Source of the DNA: Cycas panzhihuaensis
Taxonomy: Eukaryota; Plantae; Cycadophyta
Assembly (NCBI GenBank): GCA_023213395.1
Contig: CM041465.1
Location: forward strand, 44,027,741-44,091,740
Reading direction: 5' to 3'
DNA length: 64,000 nt
Below, piece after piece: positions 48,601-60,823 of the stretch. How positions within the stretch are numbered: position 1 is the stretch's first letter; each line of letters starts with the position of its first letter. Below the pieces are notes generated by a model. That model worked only from the letters and a program-made list of their open reading frames with translations, was not told where the DNA came from and searched no databases. The translations under genes and the position numbers were made by a program.

Positions 48601-51600
48601 AGATGAACTTATAACTTCAACTTTGCATACTTTGTCAAAAGAATATAATGGATTCATCTTATCAATTACTAAAGATGACACATTAGCTATTTTGAATTTC
48701 AATTAGTTTGAAAATCTCCTTCTTCAAGAAAAACAAATTTACCTGAGGCAAGAAGAACCATTTCAGGAGTTATTCATAGCCAAGTTCAAGGCTAAATAGA
48801 GTTCCAAGAAATTACTTCAAAATCAGTTCGGGAATATGAACATCAACACATCTAAAGCCAATGTAATCTATCATTGTTGTGATAAGGTGGCCCATATAGC
48901 TCATAAATATAGAAATAAGCAATCAAATATGCAGTAGCCATGTTAGCAACAACCTCATCAGTAATAATTTTAATAGCACCAGCAATAACAACAACCCCTT
49001 AGACCAAATCGAAGAGGTCAAAGAAGAAGGGGGGGCTTTAGAGGTGGCAATCAATGCCATACAAATCAATTTAAAGATGAAAATAATATGTTTTGTGCTT
49101 ATCACAATTCTAAAAGTAATAATACTTAGATAATTGATTCAGGGGCATTTCGGCATATGACTGGCGATAAAGAATTACTCTATAATATAAAAGAAAGAAG
49201 ATGGCAAACTATTACATTTTGTAACAATGAATCTGTTGAAATTTCTAGTATAGACAAAATTACCTCGTTTTATTCACCTAACAACACTATTTTCACATTT
49301 CCCACTAGAGATAACTACTTAATACCCTCAATGAAGAACAACCTCTTATTTGTTAGTCAATTAGACAAATAATAAATGAGTATTTTATTTAAAGGTGGGG
49401 AATGCACAATTAGTGACAAGAATGATCAAGTGATAGCCATTGGTCATAATGACTATAGACTTTATAAACTGGATGCATCAAATATTACACTTGATACTAC
49501 CTACTTTGTCACTCAATCTATGTCAAAAGATCAACTTTAATATAATAGACTATGCCACTTAAGCCTATAAAATAACAAAATGATATTTAATAAAAACATG
49601 GTGTATGGGCTTCCAAAGATATCTAGATCAAAGTGTCTTTGTGAAGCATGTATCATGGAGACTCAACATAGATAATATTTTCCTAAAAGCAATTCATGGC
49701 ATGCATCACAACCCTTGCTATTAATCCATACAGATTTATATGGACCCATGTCCACGGTATCCCTTAGAGGTGCTTTATATTATATAACCTTTATTGATGA
49801 TTTTTCACATAGAGTTTGGGTGTACTTCATCAAGCAAAAATTATAGGCATTTAAAAATTTTAAGGAATTCAAACTGAAGGTAGAAAATGAATATAAATAC
49901 TCAATCAAAATCTTGAGATCAGATAATGGAAGTGAATTTACCTTAAGGTAATTCAATCAATTTTGCAAAGATCATGGAACTAAGGAATAGCTCACTACTC
50001 CTTATATACCTCACTAGAATGGAGTTTCTAAGCATATAAATAGGACTTTGGTCGATAAAGCCAAAGCGATGATACATGCAAAAGGGTCACCTTGTTCGTA
50101 TTGGGCTGAAACTATTAACTTGATTCAAAGAAATAGAAGGCTGATGAGAGAACTCAAGAATTTTATTGAGAAGATGATCCCTTAAATATACAATCAGACT
50201 TATAACCATTATGACATGATTTGTAACCAACCTCTGAGGACATGACACATGTTACATTCACATGTGTGAGTTACATAATTAATGACTCTTTAGATAAAAC
50301 ATTACCTCCTAACACCCTCTCTTAATGTTTTATCTTTCTCAATCCTATCTTGTCTTTCAGAAATTGAAACTTTTCTTTTCCTAGTGACTTCGTCAATAGG
50401 TCTACAGTTTGTTCTGTAGTAGAGCAGTATTCTAACTTGATTTATTTATTGTGAACCTTTTTACTTATGAAGTGATGGTGAACTTCAATGTGCTTAGTTC
50501 TTGCATGAATAATAGGATTCTTGGTCAACTTGATAACACTCTAATTATCACAGTATAAAGTTGTTGTTTGGTTTTGAGGTTGGTTCAAATCGATCAGAAG
50601 TTGCCGAAGCCATCGCTTCACGAGTTGCGCTTCACGCTTTGTATTCTACTTTAGTTGAGAAGAGTACAACCGTTGATTATTTTTTACTGCACCATGAAAT
50701 TACAGTCAGTCCCAAGAAAAAATAGTAGCCACTAGTGAATTTTCTCTGCTCTTTGTCACCTGCACAACCCGAGTCATAATATCTTATGAGTTCTGCTAAT
50801 CCTTTCTATGAGTAGATCAATTTTAGTCCAATTGTTCCTCACAGATATGTCAGTATTCTCCAAGCAGCTTTCCAATGTATCACTTTGGATTCTTGCATAT
50901 ACTAGGAGATGACTTTGACTAAGTAACATATGTTAGGTCTGGTGGCTATGAGGTAAATCAAACTACCAATTAGTTGCCTATACAGAGTGACATCAATTGC
51001 TTGTTCTTTTTCATCTGCCACCAAGTCATAGTTGATTTCCATGGGTGTTGTACATGGATTGTAGTCTGTCATCCTGAATTTGCCCTGCAGATCCTTTATG
51101 TATTTACTTTGTGAGATGAAAATGTATTTTTGTTGTTGACTTACTTCCAATCCCAGATAATAGTTAAGAAGACCAAGATCTATCATTTCAAATTCCTTTT
51201 CTAACTGATCTTTTATTTCTATAATTGATTTATCATCATTTCCTGTGAGGATCATGTCATCTACATAAACAACAATTATGGTGATTAGACCACCTTTTTT
51301 CTTTGTGTATAGACTGGAATCTAAGCTGCAATGTTGAAATCCATTATTGCATAAGTGCTTATCTAGTTTGGCGCACCGGGCACGAGGGGCTTATTTCAGT
51401 CCATACAGGGCCTTTTTTAATTTGCACACCAACTATTCTTGTCCTTTCTTAATGTAACCCTCAAGTTGTGTATGTACATATCTTCTTCAAGATCTCCATT
51501 TAAGAATGCACTTTTTACATCTAACTAAAAATTTTTCCAGTTGTGTAACACTGCAAGACCTATCACTGTTCTTATTATGTCTATGTCTGCTACAAGTGAG

Positions 51601-54600
51601 AAGGTCTCTTCAAAGTCGATTCTGACTGTCTGTGTATATCCTTTAGTAATAAGACGAGCTATGTGTTTCTCGATTTTCCTATTAGCCCCTTCTTTGACCT
51701 TATATACCCATCTACAATTAACTATGGGTTTGTTTGGAGGAAGTTCTACCAGTTCCCATGTTTAATTTCTAACAATTGAATCTATAACTACCTTCCGTTT
51801 TGGTTGATCTTGAGCCTCCTAGAAGGATTAAGGTTTAGTTCTGTTGAGCAGAGCTTTTGGTTTTTGACTCCTTGTTTTATGGTCAAGTACACTTCCTCCT
51901 TCTTCAATAGTCTTGATGAACCATTTGGGCACTTTCTTTTCTTTTCTTGAGTCTTCTCTTGTTTCTAAGAGTTCTGAATGAGATTCTACTTCCTATGTTG
52001 AATTTCCTTCTTCACCCAAATCTATGTGAGATGAACATAATGGAACTTCTTCAGTGATAATGTCTGAAATCTCTTCTGTGAAGAATTCTTTATTTGAACT
52101 CTCTGTTTCTCCTTCAATTATTTTGATTTGGGGTTGAAGATCTAAGCTTTCTTCATTAAAAACTACATCTTTGCTAACATATATCTTATTTGTTTTTGGA
52201 TGAATGCATTTATAAGCTTTTGAATTCTTACTATACCCTATTATAATGCATTCTATACTTTTTGCATCAATTTTTGATCTTCTTTTATCTGGTATGTGTA
52301 CATAAACTTGACTACCAAACACTTTAAGGGAACTAACATTACGTTTCTTACCTATCCATGCTTCCTCAGGTGTGACGTTCTCCAGAGCTTTAGTTGGACT
52401 TCTGTTTATAAGGTAGCAAGCTATATTAACTGCTTCTGCCCAATATGATTTCAAAACCTGCCTTTCATGTACCATGCTATGAACCATTTCCATCAAGGTT
52501 CTATTTTTTCTTTCAACAACACCATTGGATTGTGGAGTGTAGGGTATGGTGATTTGTCTCCAAATCTTATTCCTCTTGCAATAGGTTAGGAATTCATTAG
52601 AGATGTACTCTCCTCCTCCATCTGATCTGATATATTTTATTTTGGTTTCTGACTTGAGTTCTACCTCTGCTTTAAATTCTTTGAAGATTTCAAAAACTTC
52701 CGATTTGTTATGTAAAAAGTATACCTAGACTTTTCTAGTGAAATCATCAATGAAAGTTAGGAAATACCTACAACCATTTATTGAAAGTGGTGTGAGTGGT
52801 CCACAAAGATCTGTATGAATCAATTCCAATTTGTTTTGTGTCCTTCATTTACTTTCTTTGAAGGGTAGTCTATGATGTTTTCCAAATTGGCATCCTTTAC
52901 AAACAAAATTTTTCAAAGAAATGTGAGGCAATCCATGCACCATATCATGTTTTTTCATTTGTTTTAATGTTTCTATTGGTAGGTGCCCGTACTTCAAATG
53001 TCACATTTTATTATCAGAATTCACAACATAACAAGCTTTTGGACTCAGACTGGGTATTACAGGATTTGAGACTAATTTATACAGATCATTGCTCCTAATA
53101 CCTTTTGCAATTATTTCTCCATTGTTTTTCATATCTAATATGTGGCAGAGACCATATTCATCAAACATAGTTCTTAGCCCATTTTTACTAAGTTGTGAGA
53201 TAGATAAAAGATTCACTTTGAGGTTAGGGACCAACAGAACATTTCTAATTTTCTTTACATTACCCCATATGTTGATAGAGATAGTACCCACTTCCTTAAT
53301 TTCAAGTGGATACTTATCACCTAATTCTACTGATTTGTTGATGTCACAAGGTCTCAAGATTTCAAACCAGTCTTAGCAATTCATCATGTCGCAAAGTTCC
53401 AGAGTCAATGAAACATATATCTGTTTCCTTTAATCCTGCTAACAATACAACAATAAATGTTATTTCTTCCTCTTCTTCTTCAACTTGTTCTTTGTTATAG
53501 CTGCCCATAGATCTTTTCCCCCTCTTAATGCCTGCTCTCCTTTGAGGACATTGATAGGGATAATGTCCTAATTATTCACAATGGTAACATACATCGAACG
53601 CTCTGCAAGCACTGGCAAAATGCCCAGACCTGCCACAGTTGAAACATATCTTTGAGTCTCTACCTCGTCTGCGTCCTCTGTTATCTAAATAATGACCACA
53701 AGCAAAACTCCTAGAGTCTAGAGTTTGTCCCCTTCCACGTGACTGACTTCGTCCTTGAGATCCTAGATTTAATCTAGAAGCAAAGTCATCTTCCAGTTCT
53801 GCTAAGTCTTCATACCGCCTGTTTCTCTGTTCTTGCCTTACCAATATTCCAGTCAACTGGTCAAGGGTCATTGTATCAATCTTATTACTATTTGTGATGG
53901 TGTTGATGGTTACATTAAAGGTCTTTGGCAATTTATTGGATACCATCTAAACAAGTTCAGGTTCAGGTAGAATTTCTCTAGCACTTAAGAGTCAATTTCT
54001 AAATGGAGCGACCTTATATATAAAGTCAACCAGTGTTTTATGCTCTTTCTTATGTAACTTATATAATTCTTCCTTTAGGGCAAACATCTGAGCCTTATTT
54101 TTCTGACCAAATAGATTTTTAAAGCACTTCCAAATAGCTGATGTTGAGGTCAATTTTTCTACATATACTAAGAGGGGGTCGAAAACAAACAATTTAAGAA
54201 TGATTACTCCCACATTATCTCTTTCCAACCGACTAGGTAAGGTTGTGCTAGCATCATCAGGCTTGGTTTCAGTTCCAAGTGCAATATTCCAAGCATTCTA
54301 GGCCCTGAGAAGAGTTTCAATTTTTATTTTCTAGATATAATAATTATTATCAGTGAGTTTGCCTTGCTCAGAGAGACCATAGAGTGGCACAACCATTATT
54401 AATAAAGAGAGAGAAATTTGGACTAGTTTGACCATATAATTATACAGATTTTCATACAAAACCCTAGGTGTACGTACAAGGACAAAGAATATCTTAAAAG
54501 AGAGGTCTTTTCACCCTCAACACAGATCTGAGATCAGTTTCAAGAAATATCTTTCTGATTTGAAGAAAACAACCTCAAAAAAATCGAACAGATGACTAGG

Positions 54601-57600
54601 ATTTTAGCACGTTTAGGCTTAAATCTTTTAAAACTTTTTATAAAACTAGACAAAATTGGGTCTAAACATTTAGTAACAAAGAATTGAAGCTTTTGGGATA
54701 GTCTTTACCCAAATTCAGACGAGATTTTACTTTCAATCAATTATTTTCTCTCTAATCCTGCACAAACTGGTCTTTGCTCGATTTGGCCCTTGAAATGATT
54801 TCAAACATCTTCGAGTCAGTAAAGAATGTTAACGAGTGTTCTCTGATCTATCTATCAACCAAATTTTATCTCATTCTGAGGACTTTGAAAATTTGACATC
54901 TCAGATCAAGTTTAGTACCTGATTAATTAATGCTTCATTTCCGTACTAGAGAGCCTTCCAGACTTGCCTTCCTTCTTGAACCCTTGATTTTATCTTCAGC
55001 GGTTAAGATTTCTTCTTTCAAATAAGCAGTCACACATGTTCTGATATCATGTTAACTTGATTCAAAGAAACAAAAGGCTGATGAAAGAACTCAACAATTT
55101 TATTGAGAAGATGATCCCTTAAATATACAATCAGACTTGTAACCGTTATGACATGATTTGTAACCAATCTCTGAGGACATGACACGTCACATTCACGTGT
55201 GAGTTACATAATTAATGACTCTTTAGATAAAACATTGCCTCATAACATAAGCATTCAACATAACAATCTATGTGGTAAATAAGAGTCCAACTACAATAAT
55301 CATCGACATCACACCAAAAAAGGCTTGGTCTGGCAAAACCCGAGTTAGGTAAAAATAGTCTTAAATGTATTTTTGTTGGTTATGTTATTCACAGCAAAGC
55401 ATATACGATACATGATCCCAATGTCAAGAAAATGCATGTATTTAGAGATGTAATCTTTGCTAAATACAGTGAGTAATTGGAGTTTGCATCTATTTAGCCT
55501 CTTACTGAAAAAAGCAAGTAGATTATTGAGGATTTCCTTCTTTCATAATCATCTACACTATGCACATCTTCTGCACCTGTTGTTTCTTCATCTACTTTAG
55601 CTCTAACTACTTTAGATTTAGCTCCACTTGATCTTGGTTCTTCCTTTATTGATCAACCATTATGACCAGAGGCTATTGAGGTTCAATTTACATCTATCAA
55701 AAAGCTACCTAAATGGTATACATAGATGGTGAAAGATAACCAAGTCATAGAAGGAAAATGTTCATCCAAGATAAGGCAGCAGACAAACTATGCACATAGA
55801 TGAAGTGTTCTGTGTTCATGAGCCTTCCACTTTTGAGGAGGCATATAAAAGTGAAAAGTGGAAAGTTGCCATGGATGAAGAAATCCATTTTATTGAAAAG
55901 AATGGAACATGGGATTTGGTGGAATTACCTAAAAACAAATAGGCAATCAGTTATAAATGAGTTTATAAAACCAAACTCCACTCTAATAGTTTAATCGAAC
56001 ATCATAATGCTTAACTTGTTATACAAGGTTTCAAACAGAAAGAATACATTGATTATGAGAAGATCTTTGCATCAATAGCAAACATAAATACCATCCTACT
56101 CATTTTGGCCTTAACTGCTAAATGCAAGTGACCAATCTACTAGATGGACGTGGAGAGCGCCTTTCTCAATGACGATTTTTAAGAGGAGGTATATTTAGAG
56201 CAACCTCCTGATTACATTATACAAGGCAAAGAGCATTTGTATGTCACCTAAAGAAGGCTTTGTATGGATTAAAACAGGCTCCTAAAGCATGGTACTCTAA
56301 AATTGATAATTAATTTTTTAGACATGGATATCATCGATCCACATCATATACTAACTTGTATATAAAATTTAGAGAGAACCATGTAGTCTTTGTGGTCTTG
56401 TATGTTGATAACTTAGTTATCACTAGAAATGACACTAAAATGATAAGAAATTCTCCAAGGTGATCTTAAAAGGAGTTTTGAGATGACTGATCTTGGACTA
56501 ACCCATTATTTCTTAGGCTTAGAGGTATGGCAACAGGCAGGTCATATTTTCATCTCTCAAGTAAAATATTCTTGAGACATTTTGCAGTGTTTCAAAATGG
56601 AGAACTATAAACCAACGCCTACACTTATGGAGAATGGTATTAAGTTAATACTTGATAAGGAGATAGAACCAACAAATCCCACTTTGTATCAATAACTAAT
56701 TGGTAGCCTAATTTACCTCACAAATACTAGATCGAACATTTCATTTGTAGTTGAGATTTATTCCAGATACATGTCTCAGCCTAATCAGAAACATTGGAAT
56801 GCAACAAAGCATATATTTAGATACATCAAAGGTAAATTGCAATATAGCCTTCAGTATACTTATAATGAGAACTTCATCTTGAAGGAGTTCTTAGATTCTG
56901 ATTGGGTAGGTTGCCAAGATAATTGTAGATCGACCTCGAGAGATATTGTTTCATCATTAGTTCAAGAGTCATTTCATGGAGTTACAAGAAATGACATGAT
57001 GTTACCTTGTCATCCATAGAAGTAGAGTACAAAGCTACAATCATCTTAGCTTGTGAGGTTATTTGGCTAAGGAGGATTTTTAGAGCTTAGACTTGAGAAG
57101 AATCACCCCACCAAGCTATATTACGATAATCAAAATATGCTCAAGTTAACTAAGAATCCAATTTTTCATGCACGGACCAAGCACATAGAGATTCGTCACC
57201 ATTTTACCAGGGAACATGTTCAAAACAGTGAGATCAACCTCTTGTTCAGGCCCACGAACCAACATATTGTAAATATCTTTATCAAGCCACTTAGTAGAGA
57301 GAAATTTGAGAAATTCAGATATGCTCTTAGTGTCCAACTTAATATTATAAACATTAAAGTGGGAGAGGGTGTTAAACATTTATATTTAAATGCTAAGTGA
57401 TGTGCTATATAATTATTTTATTATTGTACTTTATGAACTTTATGTTAATGTGACTTATCACTTAAAGTGATAAAGTGCATACCTACATTCTTTCTAGTGA
57501 TATAACATTGTAACTTGAGGGTCAATGTACCCCTCTTGCATCTTTGCTCACAACAGAGCCCAAGGGACACTTATCCCTTATGCATCTGGCATACTTTGTA

Positions 57601-57928
57601 TGTTTGACATTTGTTAAACATGCAGTCTCTCAAAGTCTCTCCTCATAGTCTATATATAGAGACTAATTCTCATGTATGTAGATATGAGAGTGTGTAGTAT
57701 TGCTATGCTGCTAGTTTTGCTAATCAAGTATTTTTTCTTATTTGGAGATTGGATTAATTAATTCTCCTCCATATTGGTGTCCTCATGCTTATGATCTTTA
57801 TGATTATGCTTTCTCATAGTACTCATTCCATACTAGCTTGAATAGATGTTAATAATCTTCATTCTCATAGCAACCTTTCATCTCATTTAGATCCTAAAGG
57901 CCTTAAGCTTAATGCCCAATTATCAACA
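45667..57928 (+). mobile_element. Copia I, full length, inserted in K between protease and RT
   Basis: 559-bp LTRs 45667-46225 and 57370-57928, perfect TSD TGTAG, decayed PBS, PPT AAAGTGGGAGAGGG, gag ATG 48137, pol at 49130-50112 and 55253-57350. Confidence 0.96.
50113..55247 (-). mobile_element. Copia L, full length (5.1 kb), inserted in the integrase of I
   Basis: ~200-bp LTRs 50113-50314 and 55050-55247, PBS TGATATCAGAAC, PPT TTAAGAGAGGG, TSD GAAAC/TAAGC (restores WAEAFN); gag ATG 54396 with two CCHC knuckles. Confidence 0.95.
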
Positions 57929-59814
57929 TGTAGTTGGTGGCATCCCATTGCATGGAGAAGATGTTGGAGAAGAATCCATCAACATACATAATAACGTACT
58001 ATAAGATCACAATAAAGGACATTCTAATGGATATACAAGAAGTCATAAACCAATACAATTTAGTGTTCGAGGAACCCCTACTAGGACTTCCCCTCGATCG
58101 TGGATGCCAACACGCCATCGGACTAGTACTAAGAGATGCACTGGTCAACATTTGTCCTTACTAGCATCCCTACTAATTAAAGAGGGAAATCATGAAAATA
58201 ACCAAAGAGGTCTTACACCAACCATATATTGCAAACAACACAAGCCCATTTGCATCCCCAATTATACTCAAGTGAAAAAAAAATGGGGCCTACTGTATGT
58301 GTGTTGACTAATAAATGATTGAATAAGATCATTATCAAGAATTGCTATCCCATCCCATGAATAAATGATTTGTTAGATGAAATACACGGCGAAATATTTT
58401 TCAAAGATCCGTCTTTAATAGGAATACTACCAGATCTGTATCAAAATAAAGGACATGCACAAAATAGCTTTCTGCACTCATGAGAGGTTGTTCGAATTCA
58501 GAGTTATGCCATTTGGTCTAAAAAATGTACCGACAATGTTCCTGAACACAATGAATACCATACTAAAACCCCTCTTATAGATATTTATGCTAGTTTTGTT
58601 TGACAACATTATAATCTATAGAACAACATGGAAGGAACACTTAGAGCAGATCAAGTCTGCTTTCTAGATCTTAAAGAGCAATCAACCTTTTGCAAACAAG
58701 AAAAAATGTATATTCGAGAAAGTGGAGCTCAAATATATGGGATACATTATTTCGCAAGAAGGGATCAAGATGGATCCCAAGAAGGTCTAAGCCACTATTA
58801 ATTGGCCCACTCCCAAGAATGCCATAGGGGTCAGGGCTTTCTTAAGTGCAATAAGATTTCTTAGGAAGTTTATCAAGGGGTATACTTACATTGCATCATT
58901 TCTAACTGATCTCATGAAGAAGGATGTAATCACTTAGAACCTCTTAATAGAGGACACTTTCCGGGGTTTCAAAAGGAAAATGATCATTTCCCTTATACTT
59001 GCAACTCTAGATTTTTCTTAGCCATTCACCTTAGAGTGTGATGCATCAAAAACTAGGATAAAAGCAGTCCTCCTCTAAAATGATTGACCACTAGCATACA
59101 AAATTCAAAAGCTAAACTGCAAGGAATGACTCAAACCTATTTGTGACAAAGAGATGCTTGCAATCATGCATGTTATTCATCAGTGATACCAATATTTGCT
59201 AGGGAATAGATTTGTGGTCAAAACAGATCACGACAACCTCAAATACTTCCTTAACTAGAAGAATCTCTCATATGAACAACAAAAATGGGTAATTAAGATT
59301 TAAACATTCAATTTCAGTATTTTATATAAAAATGGCAAAGAGAATATGATTGTAGATGTATTATTATAGATACCCAAAGACAACGGTGGCGAGATCTCAC
59401 TGCAAGAAATAATAGTAGCTAACTCTTAGCTGGACACACAAACTAATATATGACTACCAGAATGACCCTCTCTTGGAGAAGATATTGGAAGAGATTAAGA
59501 ACCAAGGAAGAACTAAGTATAATCTACAAGGAGGCTTGATTCTACAGAAGGAGAAAATATTTATTCCAGCATCATCTAAACTAAAAGAGATGCTACTAGA
59601 AAAAGTGCATTCTATGATGAGTGCAGGGATCGACAAAATCTATCACAAGATATGGGACTCCTTCTTTTAGAAAGGGATGAAATTCGATGTTCTTAAATTC
59701 ATATTGGAATGTGATTCTTGTTCGAAAACTAAGAGTGAGAGCATAAAAAGTCTTGGCTTACTCCATCCTCAACCAATCCCACAGCAAAAATGGGAAGAAA
59801 TCTCAATGGATTTC

Positions 59815-60352
59815 TGTTAAACCTTATGTTTACATGTTAAGTATGTACTTTATTCTTTCATTCATTATTTTGTACTTTATGGGGTGACTAATCACTTAAG
59901 TGATAAAGTGCACACCCACTTTCATCCTAGTGACATAACATTGTAACTAAAGGGTCAAATGGATCCTCATACATTTTTTCTTACTTGAGAGCCTAATGGA
60001 CACATGTCCCTCATGCATGACATGCAAGCCATGCATTGCATGTACCTTGGATGTTTGCCACTTGGCAAACATCCAATGGTGTTAGGTAACCTCAATTACT
60101 CTATATATTGAGACCTCTCATCATGTCTCACATGTAGAGTTGAAGTGTAACGTTATGCTGCCATTTTGCTAATCAATTGGTATTCTTTGGAGTAGGACTA
60201 ATTCCTCCTCCTCACACCTTGGTATCATTTTGCTTCCTTGATCTTGCTTATCTTAATTTTACTTTTATGTTATTTAGAGCTAGAGGTGAACTATCTTCAA
60301 GATCTTTGCTTTATAGGTCTTAAGCACTTTAATCCTTTGACCTTTTCTCACA
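59815..60352 (+). repeat. Solo LTR (538 bp) related to the Copia I LTRs
   Basis: TGTTAAACC...CTCACA with perfect TSD ATTTC, inserted in the K integrase within the right arm. Confidence 0.93.
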
Positions 60353-60389
60353 ATTTCATCACAATATTTCATAGTGGATTTTATACATT

Positions 60390-60823
60390 TATAACAGATA
60401 GGATATGATTACAGTAGTAAACCCTCATAAAACATGATTCAACAGAGATATGTATTATTCATACATTAATAGTAATAACATATGTAAATTGTGAATTAAT
60501 AATAATAGAATAGTAGCACCTAATATAAATGTCTAACAGTTGGTGAACCCTCTTTGAGGTGAAGGTGACCCTCCAGTAAGCACGAGGCCCTAGTGGCACG
60601 AAGTCATTTTATCGATATATAGAATTCTCCAAGACTTGTTTAATAAAGATGGAAAGCTACTATATTTATAGCCTTCAAAACCCAACTCATAATTTTCCTC
60701 CAAAAAAATAACTTCATAATAAAATAAAATAAATGATTCGTCTTTTAATTCTCCTAAAAATTGACTTCATGATAATAATTTCTCTTATAAACAGACTTCC
60801 TTTTTTATTTTAGGAATGCTACA
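60390..60823 (-). repeat. Inverted LTR of K (right arm)
   Basis: 434 bp, reverse complement of 43972-44404. Confidence 0.92.

Larger units (their letters stand above)
43972..60823 (+). mobile_element. Gypsy K derivative (chromovirus-like pol) bounded by inverted LTR arms; ~4.05 kb without nested inserts
   Basis: TGTAGCATTCCTAAAATAAAAAAGGAAGTC at 43972 and its exact reverse complement ending at 60823; partial gag (CFKYRGKWYKDHQC), protease (ILIDSKSSHNF), RT, RH (FTLECDAS), INT to ISMDFIT. Confidence 0.9.

Noticed and set aside
50135-50190. CTGATGA in the L LTRs (also ~55078) as a hammerhead ribozyme core
   Set aside because: No GAAA after the putative stem II and no stems I/III; it is also antisense to the element
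43972-60823. K as a DIRS-type or DNA (TIR) transposon
   Set aside because: No tyrosine recombinase or transposase; the arms are a TG..CA LTR plus Gypsy integrase sequence
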